Assembly (NCBI GenBank): GCA_050012755.1
Contig: JBEKGO010000022.1
Coordinates: forward strand, 14,885-78,884
Source of the DNA: Candidatus Bathyarchaeia archaeon
Lineage (GTDB): Archaea > Thermoproteota > Bathyarchaeia > Bathyarchaeales > Bathycorpusculaceae
Direction of reading: 5' to 3'
Length of the DNA stretch: 64,000 nucleotides
The notes under the pieces are model-generated. The model worked only from the letters and a program-made list of their open reading frames with translations, searched no databases and had not been told where the DNA came from. Below are positions 17,695 through 28,135 of the stretch, piece by piece; within the stretch, counting starts at the first letter, position 1; each line of letters opens with the position of its first letter. The translations under genes were made by a program, and so were the position numbers.

Positions 17695-20600
17695 TTGGTT
17701 GCGTCAAACAAAAAGAACGTTATTCGAGTTTTACATGTTGACGATGACCCATCTATTCTTGAAATTTCAAAGTTAATCCTATTGGATATGGGCAACTTCG
17801 AAATTGACCAAGCCGGCTGTGTTGATGAAGCCTTAAAGAAACTATCAAGTGAGCACTATGATATTGTTGTTTCTGATTATGAGATGCCCCAAAAAGACGG
17901 ACTCCAATTTCTAAAAGAGTTACGTGAAAGCAAGAATGAAATTCCTTTTATTTTGTTCATTGGAAAAGGCAGAGAAGACGTAGCCATACAAGCCCTAAAC
18001 CTTGGCGCCGACGGATACCACCACAAACAAGGCTCACCAGAAACGGTCTACGGCGAATTGTCTCACCTTATGCATTTATTGGTAGAAAAAACCCGTAGCA
18101 AAACCCAGACAGCTAGGGATTCGGTTGCTCTTCAAACCGTTGAAGACGCCATTTTGACATCTGACCAAACACAAACTATTGTTTCATGGAACAAAGCAGC
18201 CGAAGAAGTCTTTGGATGGTTAGAAAAGGAAGCTATTGGAAGAAATATAACGGACATATTCGTTCCCATGCAACTTGATGTTACTTTACAAAACGTAATT
18301 CAAACACTTCAAGAGAAAGGACGGTTCAGTGGCGAAGTACAGTATAAGAATAAAAAAGAGCAGCTAAGACACGGGGAACTGACCATCATTAACCAGACAA
18401 GTAAAAACGGCGAATTCTTGGGAAGCACAATTGTATGCCACGATACAACTGAACGCAAGAAAGCCGAGCGCGCCTTAGAGGATTCCGAAGAGAAGTACAG
18501 GAAGCTATTTGAAGAGTCTATGGACGCAATATTTGTAGCGGACACCGCGACTGGCATAATAGTTGACTGCAACCCTGCAGCGTCAAAGCTAGTTGGCAGA
18601 CAGAAATCAGAATTGGTGGGTCAACATCAATCAATAATTACTCCTCAAGAGCAAATGGACGGAAGATTTGCAAGAGTTTTTAAGGAACACCTCAAAGACC
18701 AGACCAGCACTCTTGAAACGAAAATTATCCGGAAAACGGGCGAAATTAGATATGTCGCGGTCAAGGATAGTGTTTTTGTTCTGAACGGAAAGAAGCTGAT
18801 GCAAGGAACACTCCGAGACATCACCGAACGCAAAAAAGAAGAAGAATTATTAAAGGAATCTGAGGAGAAGTACAAGAATCTTTTCGAAAACGCACCAGAC
18901 GTTATTGTTACCGTCGATTTGACTGGGAAAATAACTTCGGAAAATAAGGCTATCACGCACTACGGCTTTAAGGAAAATGAAGTCGTTGGGGAAAGCATAT
19001 TCAAGCTTGTTCCAATAGAATACAATCAAAAAATGCTTAAAGATCTCAAGAATCTCGCTGCCGGACATCCAGCTCAAGGTGAAACCGAAATACTCACTCC
19101 TAAGGGAAAGAGAAATGCAGAGTACAGTAGCAACCCCATATGGCTAAATGGGAAAGTCGTTGGTTATCAAACGGTGTTAAGGGACGTTACTGAACGCAAG
19201 ATAGCTGAAGATGCATTAAGGAAAAGTGAGGAAGAATATAGTTCTCTTTTCAATAATATGATGGATGGCTTTGCATATTGCAAAATGGTATTCGACGAGA
19301 CTGAAAAGCCTGTTGACTTTATTTATTTACAGATTAATGATGCATTTGAAAAAATAACAGGTTTAAAAAAACAGTCAGTTATTGGAAAGAAAGTGACCGA
19401 GGCAATTCCCGGAATTAGAGAAGCCAATCCTGAACTTTTTGAAATTTACGGAAAGGTCGCTAACACGGGTCAAAAAGAGAAGTTCGAAATTTTCTTTAAA
19501 CCTCTTAGTCTTTGGTTATCCGTTTCAGCTTATTGTCCAAAAAAAGACTATTTTGCAGCCATGTTTGAAGATATCACTGAGCGCAAAAAAACTGAGGATT
19601 CCTTGAAAGAGAGGGAAGAGAATTTTAGGAACCTCGCCGAAGAATCGCCTAACATGATCTTCATAAACCAAAAGGGTAAAGTGGTTTATTCCAACAAGAA
19701 ATGCGAAGATACTATTGGCTATACTGAAGAAGAGTTCTATTCTCCTACCTTCAACTTTCTTTCAATCATTGCACCCGAAAGCGTTGAGAAGTTGAAATCG
19801 TCTTTTGCTATGCACCTGAGAGGGGAAGAGGTACCAGCGTACGAGTACTCGCTCATCAGTAAAGATGGTCAAAGGATCGAGGCAATAATCAATACAAAAT
19901 TGACAGAATACAACGGAGAGAAGGCTATACTGGGAATAGTGACTGATATTACTGAACGCGAAAAAGCAAAGAGGGAATTACAAGAGAGTGAAGAACGTTT
20001 CCGCTCGCTCTTTGAGCAAGCTCCCCTTCCTGTTGCAATCACAGCTTTAAATGGAACAATATTTGACGCGAACGTTTCTTTGCAAACATTATTGGGCTGT
20101 TCTTTAGAAGAGCTGAAAAAGACATCTGCAATTCATTTGTATGAAAACCCCCAAGATCGAGAAACGTTGTTTGAAATCCTCGAACAAAATGGTGTTGTGT
20201 CTGATTTCTCCACACGGTTAAAACGCAAAGATGGCACCTGTGTTGACGTCGTTATGAATGTGTCAAAATTTCAAATTGGACAAGAGAGCTTTCTCCGAAC
20301 AGCCTTTCAAGATGTGACTGAACGTAAGAAAGCGGAAGAAACGTTAGACGAGGTTATGAATCAGCTGGTGTTGGTTAACGAAAAATTGGGCGTTGTAGGC
20401 AGCTTAACAAGACACGACGTTCGAAACAAGCTTTCAGCGATTACCGGTTATGCATATTTACTAAAGAAAAGACACCCAGACCAGACTGATATTGTTGATG
20501 GTTTGAGCAAGATGGAACAAGCTGTTAAAGATTCGATGCAGATTTTTGATTTTGCTAAAATGTATGAACAGTTGGGCGTTGAAGAGCTATCTCTTGTTTC

Positions 20601-21042
20601 CTTGGAGAACGCAATCAACGAGGCAGTTGCTCTTTTTTCTGGCTTAAACATTAAGGTGGTTAATGATTGTCATGGATTAACTGTGTTGGCGGACTCGTTT
20701 GTTAGGCAACTTTTATACAACTTTGTGGATAACACAAGAAAATACGGCAAAAAAACCACAACCATCCGTATATACTATCAATCGACTAATTCAAACGAGT
20801 TGCGATTGATTTACGAGGATGACGGAGTAGGAATATCTGCAGAGAACAAATCTAAGCTCTTTTCTGAAGGGTTTAGCACAGGGGGCAGCACAGGTTTCGG
20901 ATTATTCTTGACCAAGAAGATGATAGATGTTTATGGCTGGGAAATTGAAGAAAATGGTGAACCCGGCACAGGAGCAAAATTCACCATAACCATTCCAAAA
21001 TTAAACAAGAACGGAAAAGAAAACTATCAAATCATCTCATAG
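17695..21042 (+). CDS. Hybrid sensor histidine kinase (REC, 6 PAS, HisKA, HATPase)
   Basis: LHVDDD...SDYEMP receiver; six D[ITV]TER[KE] PAS-PAC ends; RHDVRN phospho-His; DDGVG and GSTGFGLF boxes. Confidence 0.92.
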   Translation: MVASNKKNVIRVLHVDDDPSILEISKLILLDMGNFEIDQAGCVDEALKKLSSEHYDIVVSDYEMPQKDGLQFLKELRESKNEIPFILFIGKGREDVAIQALNLGADGYHHKQGSPETVYGELSHLMHLLVEKTRSKTQTARDSVALQTVEDAILTSDQTQTIVSWNKAAEEVFGWLEKEAIGRNITDIFVPMQLDVTLQNVIQTLQEKGRFSGEVQYKNKKEQLRHGELTIINQTSKNGEFLGSTIVCHDTTERKKAERALEDSEEKYRKLFEESMDAIFVADTATGIIVDCNPAASKLVGRQKSELVGQHQSIITPQEQMDGRFARVFKEHLKDQTSTLETKIIRKTGEIRYVAVKDSVFVLNGKKLMQGTLRDITERKKEEELLKESEEKYKNLFENAPDVIVTVDLTGKITSENKAITHYGFKENEVVGESIFKLVPIEYNQKMLKDLKNLAAGHPAQGETEILTPKGKRNAEYSSNPIWLNGKVVGYQTVLRDVTERKIAEDALRKSEEEYSSLFNNMMDGFAYCKMVFDETEKPVDFIYLQINDAFEKITGLKKQSVIGKKVTEAIPGIREANPELFEIYGKVANTGQKEKFEIFFKPLSLWLSVSAYCPKKDYFAAMFEDITERKKTEDSLKEREENFRNLAEESPNMIFINQKGKVVYSNKKCEDTIGYTEEEFYSPTFNFLSIIAPESVEKLKSSFAMHLRGEEVPAYEYSLISKDGQRIEAIINTKLTEYNGEKAILGIVTDITEREKAKRELQESEERFRSLFEQAPLPVAITALNGTIFDANVSLQTLLGCSLEELKKTSAIHLYENPQDRETLFEILEQNGVVSDFSTRLKRKDGTCVDVVMNVSKFQIGQESFLRTAFQDVTERKKAEETLDEVMNQLVLVNEKLGVVGSLTRHDVRNKLSAITGYAYLLKKRHPDQTDIVDGLSKMEQAVKDSMQIFDFAKMYEQLGVEELSLVSLENAINEAVALFSGLNIKVVNDCHGLTVLADSFVRQLLYNFVDNTRKYGKKTTTIRIYYQSTNSNELRLIYEDDGVGISAENKSKLFSEGFSTGGSTGFGLFLTKKMIDVYGWEIEENGEPGTGAKFTITIPKLNKNGKENYQIIS

Positions 21043-21270
21043 GCAAATAGTAGCATTAATTTGCCGAAGACCAAATGTGGCTCTTGACCTTATTTATTTG
21101 GTGAACTATATGGAAAAATCAAAGTCTCCCTTTAGAGAAGGGAACTATACCCGAATAGTCCGTGTCTACGGCTTATTGCACTTAAAAGAATGTGGAAATA
21201 TTTCGCCTCAATGCAGAGAAGGCGGAAACAGCTATTGCGGTTTGTATAAAAAGAGAAGCAGGCAAAAACG

Positions 21271-22677
21271 TTAATCTTGTATTTTAGTGGCACCGTTAAT
21301 TTCGTTTGTTGTTAATTGGCGCTTCAAAGTTTTTATTAGGTTCTGTAGTTTTTTGCTTATTTCAACTGGATAAATTGGGGCATCTGTCAATGCTTTATAT
21401 CCGTCTGGAAGTTTAGCCAAGTTCTTTTCAGTGTTGGCTCGAATTTCATGAAGCGACGGAAGTTTATAGATTATTTTGCCCTTTTCCATGACTTGGATCA
21501 GCAAAGGTTCACCTTGCACCTTTTCTTCGGCCAAAGCGATGATGTCTTTTTCGTACTCGCCGATTTTATTCTTTAAGCGGTAAACTTGTTTTCTACCCGG
21601 CAGTGTGATTTTATCTTTGCTCAACTTCATAATTGGCAAAGACCCCCCGTCTTCACCAATGGTTTCGCAGAGTTTGTAAATTACATCTAAATATGGCTTA
21701 TCTGCGGAAGTACCCATTTTTGTTCCTACGCCGAAAGAGTCAATTTTTGCGCCGTTGGCAAGAAGTTCACGTATTTTGAATTCGTCCAAGTCGCCGCTAG
21801 CAAAAATCTTCACATAAGCCAAGCCTTGGTCATCAAGGATTTTTCGAACTTTTTTGCTGTCTTCCGCTAAATCGCCGCTGTCTAAGCGAACGCCTCCAAG
21901 TCTAAAGCCGCTAGCTTCAAGCTCTTTCGCTACAACGGCGGCTTTTTCAGCGCCTGAAATGTCATTGTAAGTATCTATAAGAAGGGTAGATTTGTTTGGG
22001 AATGTTTTGGAGAAAGCTCGGAACGCATCAATCTCTTTTGGGTAAGACATAATAAATGAGTGCGCCATGGTTCCGAAAACTGGAATGTCATAGGTTTGCC
22101 CTGCAAGTACATTGCTTGTGCCTTGACATCCCGCTATGTAACTGCTTCTTGCAACTTTCATTCCAGCATCGATGCCGTGTTCTCTACGTAAGCCAAATTC
22201 AATTACTGATTTACCCTTAGCTGCATGTACTACCCGTGAGGCTTTGGTCGCAATCACAGTTTGCAGATTAACTGTATTGAGCAGGAAAGTCTCAACCAGT
22301 TGCGCCTCAATTATCGGCGCAGTGACGCGGATTAACGGTTCATTTGGAAAAATAACCGTGCCTTCTGGAACAGCCCAGACCTCGCCTGTAAACCTGAAAC
22401 CACGTAAATATTCAAGAAAATCCCATTTAAACCCCTGTTTTTTGAGGTAAGCCAGCTGTTCCTCAGTGAATTTTATGGTTTCTAGATACTGGAGGGCTTC
22501 TTCTAGGCCTGCAAATAGGAAGTATGAGCGGTTTTCAGGCAGTCGTCTAATAAACAAGTCAAAAGTTGCTATCTCGAAGTCATTGTTATCAAAATAACTT
22601 GCACACATCGTTAACTCATAAAAATCCGTGAATAAACTCATGTTTCCCTCTTTTAAGTAACCGAGAAAACTTTTCAT
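21271..22677 (-). CDS. pncB: Nicotinate phosphoribosyltransferase
   Basis: LFTDFYELTM, EFGLRR, GTSN, GTMAHS, LIDTY, RLDSGD, SGDLDE, FGVGT. Confidence 0.95.
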   Translation of the reverse strand: MKSFLGYLKEGNMSLFTDFYELTMCASYFDNNDFEIATFDLFIRRLPENRSYFLFAGLEEALQYLETIKFTEEQLAYLKKQGFKWDFLEYLRGFRFTGEVWAVPEGTVIFPNEPLIRVTAPIIEAQLVETFLLNTVNLQTVIATKASRVVHAAKGKSVIEFGLRREHGIDAGMKVARSSYIAGCQGTSNVLAGQTYDIPVFGTMAHSFIMSYPKEIDAFRAFSKTFPNKSTLLIDTYNDISGAEKAAVVAKELEASGFRLGGVRLDSGDLAEDSKKVRKILDDQGLAYVKIFASGDLDEFKIRELLANGAKIDSFGVGTKMGTSADKPYLDVIYKLCETIGEDGGSLPIMKLSKDKITLPGRKQVYRLKNKIGEYEKDIIALAEEKVQGEPLLIQVMEKGKIIYKLPSLHEIRANTEKNLAKLPDGYKALTDAPIYPVEISKKLQNLIKTLKRQLTTNEINGATKIQD

Positions 22678-23041
22678 ACGTTAATACTAAAAGTGAAGGG
22701 GATTTAATGCTTTCTCACTGCTATGAAATCATGGCTGACGACCAAGTATCGTTTAATCCCATTGAATAGGGAAATTCGTTTTGTCCAGCCCAATTACATT
22801 CAGTTGAGCGTATAAAGAGCTGATTTGTTTCAAAAGTAATTGAAATAGCAAAGTGGGTTGAGCTATCGTTTACTTTAAAATAAACATTAGTAAAAGTTTC
22901 TCGTTGGGCATGTAGGCTAATTGATAGTTGGGCTTCAGTGCCGTTCATTAGCTCGGAGGGCGTCGTGAAATTTTGTGAGAAGGTTGCGTTTGCGAATAGT
23001 TTTTGTTTGCCGTCAAATTATTAGTTAGTAAGGGAAGTCAG

Positions 23042-23914
23042 GTGCCGTTAATTACAAATTTTGACCCTTGGCGATCAGGCCTATGCACATGTCCGCCGAA
23101 ACTCACGTTAAACCCTTACACTGGATGCGACCACCAATGCACCTACTGCTACGCTTCCAGCTACATCCCAAACTTCAGCGATTGCAGACCCAAAAAAGAC
23201 CTGCTTGCAATTTTGAAACGCGAAGCAGGAAAACTCAAAGGCGAAACCATCTCAATAGCCAACTCATCAGACCCATACCCGCGTGCAGAAGCATCTACAG
23301 GGTTGACGAGGAGATGCCTAGAAATTCTATCTAAAAGCAACTGCAAAATCCAAATAATCACCAAAAGCAACATCGTAACCAGAGACGACGACTTGCTAAC
23401 AAAAATTCCTTCAACAGTAGCGTTAACCATAACCACGGACGACGACAACTTGGCAAAACTGATTGAACCGTGGGCACCTTCACCGTCTCAACGTCTTAGG
23501 GCAGCCCAAGACTTGATCAAAGCAGGAATACCCGTCTCGATTCGAATCGACCCCATTATACCCTTGGTAAACGATCAGCCGCAAAAACTCATTGCAGAGC
23601 TAGCCAGTATAGGTGTAAAACACTTAACATGCTCAACTTACAAGGCTAAAGCTGATAATTGGATGCGTCTCACCCGAGCCATGCCAAAAGTAGCGGACAA
23701 GCTTAAGCCACTCTATTTTCAGCAAGGCGAAAAAATCGCCGGCAGCACGCTTTTGCCAAAAGACCTAAGATATAAGCTTCTTAGAGACATACGAGATTTG
23801 GCAGAGGCTAACGGGATGAAGTTTGGCGTTTGTAGAGAAGGCTTAGCTCAACTAAACACGGCAGCATGTGATGGCTCATGGCTTATGCCGAAGGGCAAAA
23901 GGAGCACGCTGTAA
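23042..23914 (+). CDS. Radical SAM protein, spore photoproduct lyase-like family
   Basis: LNPYTGCDHQCTYCYA (CxxxCxxC), SDPY, TKS, RIDPIIP. Likely GTG start at 23042 (ORF track 23003). Confidence 0.85.
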   Translation: MPLITNFDPWRSGLCTCPPKLTLNPYTGCDHQCTYCYASSYIPNFSDCRPKKDLLAILKREAGKLKGETISIANSSDPYPRAEASTGLTRRCLEILSKSNCKIQIITKSNIVTRDDDLLTKIPSTVALTITTDDDNLAKLIEPWAPSPSQRLRAAQDLIKAGIPVSIRIDPIIPLVNDQPQKLIAELASIGVKHLTCSTYKAKADNWMRLTRAMPKVADKLKPLYFQQGEKIAGSTLLPKDLRYKLLRDIRDLAEANGMKFGVCREGLAQLNTAACDGSWLMPKGKRSTL

Positions 23915-25017
23915 TGCAGAATCGCGTGGTTATGCTGGCAGATTTTGACTATTTTTTTGCCCAATGCGAAGAGCTACGCAATCCAGCCCTGAAGGACAAG
24001 CCTGTTGTTGTCGGCGTCTACTCAGGACGCACTGAGATAAGCGGAGCAGTAAGCACAAGCAACTATGTTGCCAGAAAACACGGCGTCAAATCAGGAATGC
24101 CTCTGTTCCTTGCAATTCGGAAACTGGAAGGAACTGAGGCTATTTTCTTGCCAGTTGATCATGAATATTACGAGCAAATAAGCGAGCGCATTATGCAGAT
24201 TTTCCGCGGCTACGCAGGCAGTATGGAACAGGTCAGCATTGATGAGGCTTATTTGGATGTTACGGAGCAAGTTCAAGGCAGCTTTGAAAGGGCAAAAGAT
24301 TATGCTCAAGAAATCAAAAATGAAGTGAAAAAGCAAGTGGGCATCTCTTTCACAATCGGTATCGGACCCAACAAGCTTGTAGCCAAAATTGCGTGTGACA
24401 GCCAAAAACCCGACGGCTTAACAATTATAACCCCAGAGGAAGTCAGATGCTTTCTGTTGCCGTTGCCCGTTGATCGCTTGTTGGGAGTCGGCAAAAAGAT
24501 AAATGCCAAAATGGAATCTATGAGCATAAAAACCATAGACGACTTGTCGAAAATTGATGTTCAAAAGTTGATTGCAGTTTTCGGAAAAAGCCTCGGGCTA
24601 TATTTTCACGACGCTGCTAGAGGCATCGACAATGAGCCTGTACAAGAAGCAGGCGAAGCTGGATCAATGGGGCGAATGGGTACGCTCAAAGAAGACACCC
24701 GCGACATATCAGTAATAATGGCGAAAATTCACGAGCAGATTGAGGATATTTATGAAGAGTTCACAGCAAAAAACATTAGTTATCGGCTTGTAGGAATAAG
24801 TGCAGTGATGACTGATCTTTCGAGCAAAAGCCGCTCTAAAACCTTAGATAAACCAGCAAAAGACCAAGAAACCATCTACAAAGAAGCCCAGGAACTCTTC
24901 GAGAAATATCTATCAGAGACGGAACTCCCAATCCGGCGCGTAGGAGCCAGAATTGGCAGTTTTGTCAAAGAAGAGCCGCGACAGAAACAGTTAACGAGCT
25001 TTTTCCAAACAAAATAA
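23914..25017 (+). CDS. dinB: Y-family DNA polymerase IV (DinB/Dpo4)
   Basis: ADFDYFFAQCEE, SNYVARKHGVKSGMP, SIDEAYLD, AKIACDSQKPDG; C-terminal PIP box QKQLTSFF; TAATG overlap with the radical SAM gene. Confidence 0.95.
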   Translation: MQNRVVMLADFDYFFAQCEELRNPALKDKPVVVGVYSGRTEISGAVSTSNYVARKHGVKSGMPLFLAIRKLEGTEAIFLPVDHEYYEQISERIMQIFRGYAGSMEQVSIDEAYLDVTEQVQGSFERAKDYAQEIKNEVKKQVGISFTIGIGPNKLVAKIACDSQKPDGLTIITPEEVRCFLLPLPVDRLLGVGKKINAKMESMSIKTIDDLSKIDVQKLIAVFGKSLGLYFHDAARGIDNEPVQEAGEAGSMGRMGTLKEDTRDISVIMAKIHEQIEDIYEEFTAKNISYRLVGISAVMTDLSSKSRSKTLDKPAKDQETIYKEAQELFEKYLSETELPIRRVGARIGSFVKEEPRQKQLTSFFQTK

Positions 25018-25069
25018 GCCTAAGCAAACTTTTAGTTCATGCAAAACAATATTTTTGTAGGTAGTTTTC

Positions 25070-25663
25070 TTGTCCAACGAACTTGATAAAAAGAAGTTGC
25101 CGCCTAATCAAGAAGCAACAGATCGCATTTTACGTTGGGGCACTGATCACCCAGGCATAAAATCAACTAACCCTCAGCTCAAACTGGAAACCTACACGCT
25201 AACAATTGATGGCGAAGTAGAAACTCCTGTGAAGCTAAGCTGGAATGACTTCATGAAACTGCCAAAAACGGTTTCAACCAGCGATTTTCATTGCGTTGAA
25301 GGCTGGAGTGTTTTAGATTGTAAATGGGAAGGCGTTCATATCCGTGAAATCGAAAAGCTCGTTAAACCCAAAGAAATTGCGAAGGCTGTCACTTTTGAAT
25401 GCGCCGATTCGTATACTACTTCGCTTTTCCGAGAAGAACTCTACGGCGACGATGTGCTCTTAGCTTACAAACTTAATAATGAAGTGTTGGAAGAAGGGCT
25501 GGGGTTTCCAGTACGCCTGATAGTTCCGAACAAATATGCATACAAAAGCGCTTTGTGGGTGGTTCATTTACGTTTCACACGCAACAAAGAACTGGGTTTC
25601 TGGGAACGACGAGGATACAATGACAACGCTGACGTCTGGAAGAATCAGCGTTTTAATTTATGA
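25070..25663 (+). CDS. Molybdopterin-dependent oxidoreductase (sulfite oxidase/MsrP-like catalytic domain)
   Basis: DFHCVEGWS, WEGV, GFPVRLIVP, YAYKSALW, GFWERRGY. Confidence 0.9.
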   Translation: MSNELDKKKLPPNQEATDRILRWGTDHPGIKSTNPQLKLETYTLTIDGEVETPVKLSWNDFMKLPKTVSTSDFHCVEGWSVLDCKWEGVHIREIEKLVKPKEIAKAVTFECADSYTTSLFREELYGDDVLLAYKLNNEVLEEGLGFPVRLIVPNKYAYKSALWVVHLRFTRNKELGFWERRGYNDNADVWKNQRFNL

Positions 25664-25907
25664 CGTTCATTATTACTAAGACTCTTTGCTTAGGTTTTTT
25701 AATTTTTGATTTCGACTTCAATTTGTTTCAGCGCGACCGTTTCGGAGTTTTGAGTTTGACGAACAAACGCTGTTTAAACACAATCAATCGCTTTTCATTT
25801 TTTATGTTAACAATAAACTCAGTGATTTAAAAATTGGCGTTTAAACTCGGGACAAGATTTATAAGGGTACTTTGATACTCACTGGACTCTTCAAGAGGTT
25901 GAAAAAT

Positions 25908-26057
25908 ATGGCTCAGAAAAAACAAGCAAGGCACCCTTCAAACTGCCAAATAACCGCCGAAAAGGCAGTTATCACGACACAGTGCAGCATATCAAACGTG
26001 CCTTTGCAAAAACGAAAAGAAGACGCAAAAAAGATTCTCTACATAAACAGAATATAA
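25908..26057 (+). CDS. Small hypothetical protein (49 aa)
   Basis: ATG preceded by GAGGT SD and a TTTATAAG TATA element near 25858. Confidence 0.4.
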   Translation: MAQKKQARHPSNCQITAEKAVITTQCSISNVPLQKRKEDAKKILYINRI

Positions 26058-26226
26058 TCAACTGTTGTTAACGAGTTTTGTTAGGGTCCTCAGCAATTTT
26101 TAAACTGCACTTAAGCGACATCATTAGAATGAGAGGCAAAAGTGGAAAGTTTTATACTCAAAGTATATTCAAAGAAGATAACAAGAAATCCTTTGGACAT
26201 AAAGGGTTCCACTAAAATGAGTATTT

Positions 26227-27603
26227 ATGTTTGGCAAGGATGACGTAAAAAAACTAGTAAGCGAAAATTACCCGCTTTTAAGCATCCTAATCGGAATTAC
26301 GTTTATTTCTCTTTCAATAGGTCCTTTCCAAAATGGGGATACTGACTGGGAATTTGCAGCTGCAAAAGGCGTTTTGAAATGGGGCATGCCCTACGTTAAC
26401 AGTATTGGTAACATAATTAATCAGCCTCCTCTAGGCTTCTACCTTGAAGGATTATTTTTCAAAGGCGTTGGCACATCGGTGTACAACGGCACAATTTTAG
26501 TAACGTTGCTTGGGCTCGGAAGCACGATTATTATCTATAAAATCGGTAAGGAATTATACAGCAAACCTACTGGGCTGGTTGCGGCGGCACTTTTTGCATT
26601 AAGCCCATGGGAACTCGTTCTGTCAAGAAGCTTTTTGATAGACGTACAATGCTTATTCTTTAGCCTTCTTTGTTTATACGTTGGAATCTTAGCTATCCGC
26701 AGAGGTTCAATTAAGCTTTCCATGGTTTCAGGTATTTTCTTTGCAGCCGCGCTGCTAACCAAGTATTTTGCTGCCTTTATGCTTATCCCATTATTACTTT
26801 TTCTTCTCTATTCAAAACCAAAGAAAACCAGGCTGTTTCTCAGTCAGGTAACTGCTTTCTTGGTACCTGCACTATTGTCTTCTTTGCTGTGGTATCAAGT
26901 AATTTTAGGAAAAAACTTGTTTTATATGTTTCAACACAGCGACTTTAGCGATCTTAATAATAATGGCGTTAAATTGTCATACTCGTTCGTCGGCGTCTTT
27001 TTATGGAATTATGGTTTAGGCGCCTTCTTTATAGTTGCAACTGCGTTTTCTTTGATTTTGCTTGCTGCATTCAGAAAAGAATTACCAAAGACATTTCGTT
27101 TCGACCTTATTTGTTTGGCAACAATTCTCCCTATTTTAATCATTAATATGATCTTGGGAGCAGGGCTAAATCTTAAAGCTCCATACCTCAACGCCATCAA
27201 ATATGATTACGAAGCGTTGCCTTTCTTCTGCTTGATTGCAGCTTCATTAGTAGGCAAATGCCTTTCCCTAATTAGTTTAACAAAATTCAAAGCTGATCTT
27301 AACGGGAAACTGGTTTTGTCGGCTGTTATAACTGGGTTTTTTCTGTTAGGGGCAACTATATTTTCCAGCATTAATTCTTCTTTCTGGCTATCTACTTCAG
27401 ATTATTTGCTTTTTAGAGTGACCTTGGACCAAGCGGTCGGCTATTCTCTTTTTAATTATGCGCCAATTAGCCAAGGTAGCCTTCTATTAAGCCTTCAATA
27501 TGCGGGGTTGTTTGTTCTTCTGTCTGGACTTCTATGGTCAAGCAGGGTCAAACTCCACGACTTCTTTAACGCAGTTTTGAAACTAACACACCATTCCAGT
27601 TGA
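26227..27603 (+). CDS. GT-C fold glycosyltransferase (family 39/PMT_2, ArnT-like)
   Basis: N-terminal TM, NQPPL, ALFALSPW...SRSFLID, ALLTKY; polytopic. Confidence 0.85.
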   Translation: MFGKDDVKKLVSENYPLLSILIGITFISLSIGPFQNGDTDWEFAAAKGVLKWGMPYVNSIGNIINQPPLGFYLEGLFFKGVGTSVYNGTILVTLLGLGSTIIIYKIGKELYSKPTGLVAAALFALSPWELVLSRSFLIDVQCLFFSLLCLYVGILAIRRGSIKLSMVSGIFFAAALLTKYFAAFMLIPLLLFLLYSKPKKTRLFLSQVTAFLVPALLSSLLWYQVILGKNLFYMFQHSDFSDLNNNGVKLSYSFVGVFLWNYGLGAFFIVATAFSLILLAAFRKELPKTFRFDLICLATILPILIINMILGAGLNLKAPYLNAIKYDYEALPFFCLIAASLVGKCLSLISLTKFKADLNGKLVLSAVITGFFLLGATIFSSINSSFWLSTSDYLLFRVTLDQAVGYSLFNYAPISQGSLLLSLQYAGLFVLLSGLLWSSRVKLHDFFNAVLKLTHHSS

Positions 27604-27685
27604 GACAAAACGCCAAGTCATGCAAAATAAGAGACAGACTTTTATACTAATCAACCAGATTTCAATCGCAAGCAAGGCCAAAACT

Positions 27686-28132
27686 ATGGACTTTACCGAA
27701 GCAAAACTCGGAAGAATCTTCATACTCAGACTTCACCAGGACGAGCGACTAGATGAAGTTATAGAAAAATTTGCTTCCAAAAAACAACTTTCAAGCGCGT
27801 TATGTTTCTTTTTAGGTGGCGCAGAAGACAAAAGCAAAGTTGTCGTTGGACCAAAAGAGGGAAAAGGATGCACAATTGACCCCATGGTGACTCTTTTGAA
27901 GGGTGTGCATGAAGCCTGCGGAGTAGGAACCATCTTTACCAACGAAGAAGGCAAACCGAAACTTCACATGCATGCAAGCTTTGGACGAGATAACACCGCA
28001 GTTACAGGCTGTGTACGGATGGGAGTTAACATTTGGTTGATAGGCGAAGTAGTCATTCTGGAGCTGGCAGGTTCCACTGCTAAAAGGGCAAAAAACAAAG
28101 AAACCAGTTTTGAAGTCTTAGATTTAAGTTAG
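27686..28132 (+). CDS. PPC domain (DUF296) putative DNA-binding protein
   Basis: GRIFILRL, EACGVGTI, KLHMHASFG, GEVVILE. Likely start MDFTEAK. Confidence 0.85.
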   Translation: MDFTEAKLGRIFILRLHQDERLDEVIEKFASKKQLSSALCFFLGGAEDKSKVVVGPKEGKGCTIDPMVTLLKGVHEACGVGTIFTNEEGKPKLHMHASFGRDNTAVTGCVRMGVNIWLIGEVVILELAGSTAKRAKNKETSFEVLDLS

Positions 28133-28135
28133 CGT

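Noticed and set aside
21077-21274. Short Cys-containing ORF after the kinase, and ORF 22721-22948
   Set aside because: No family recognised and weak start signals; they may be real or remnants but cannot be supported here.
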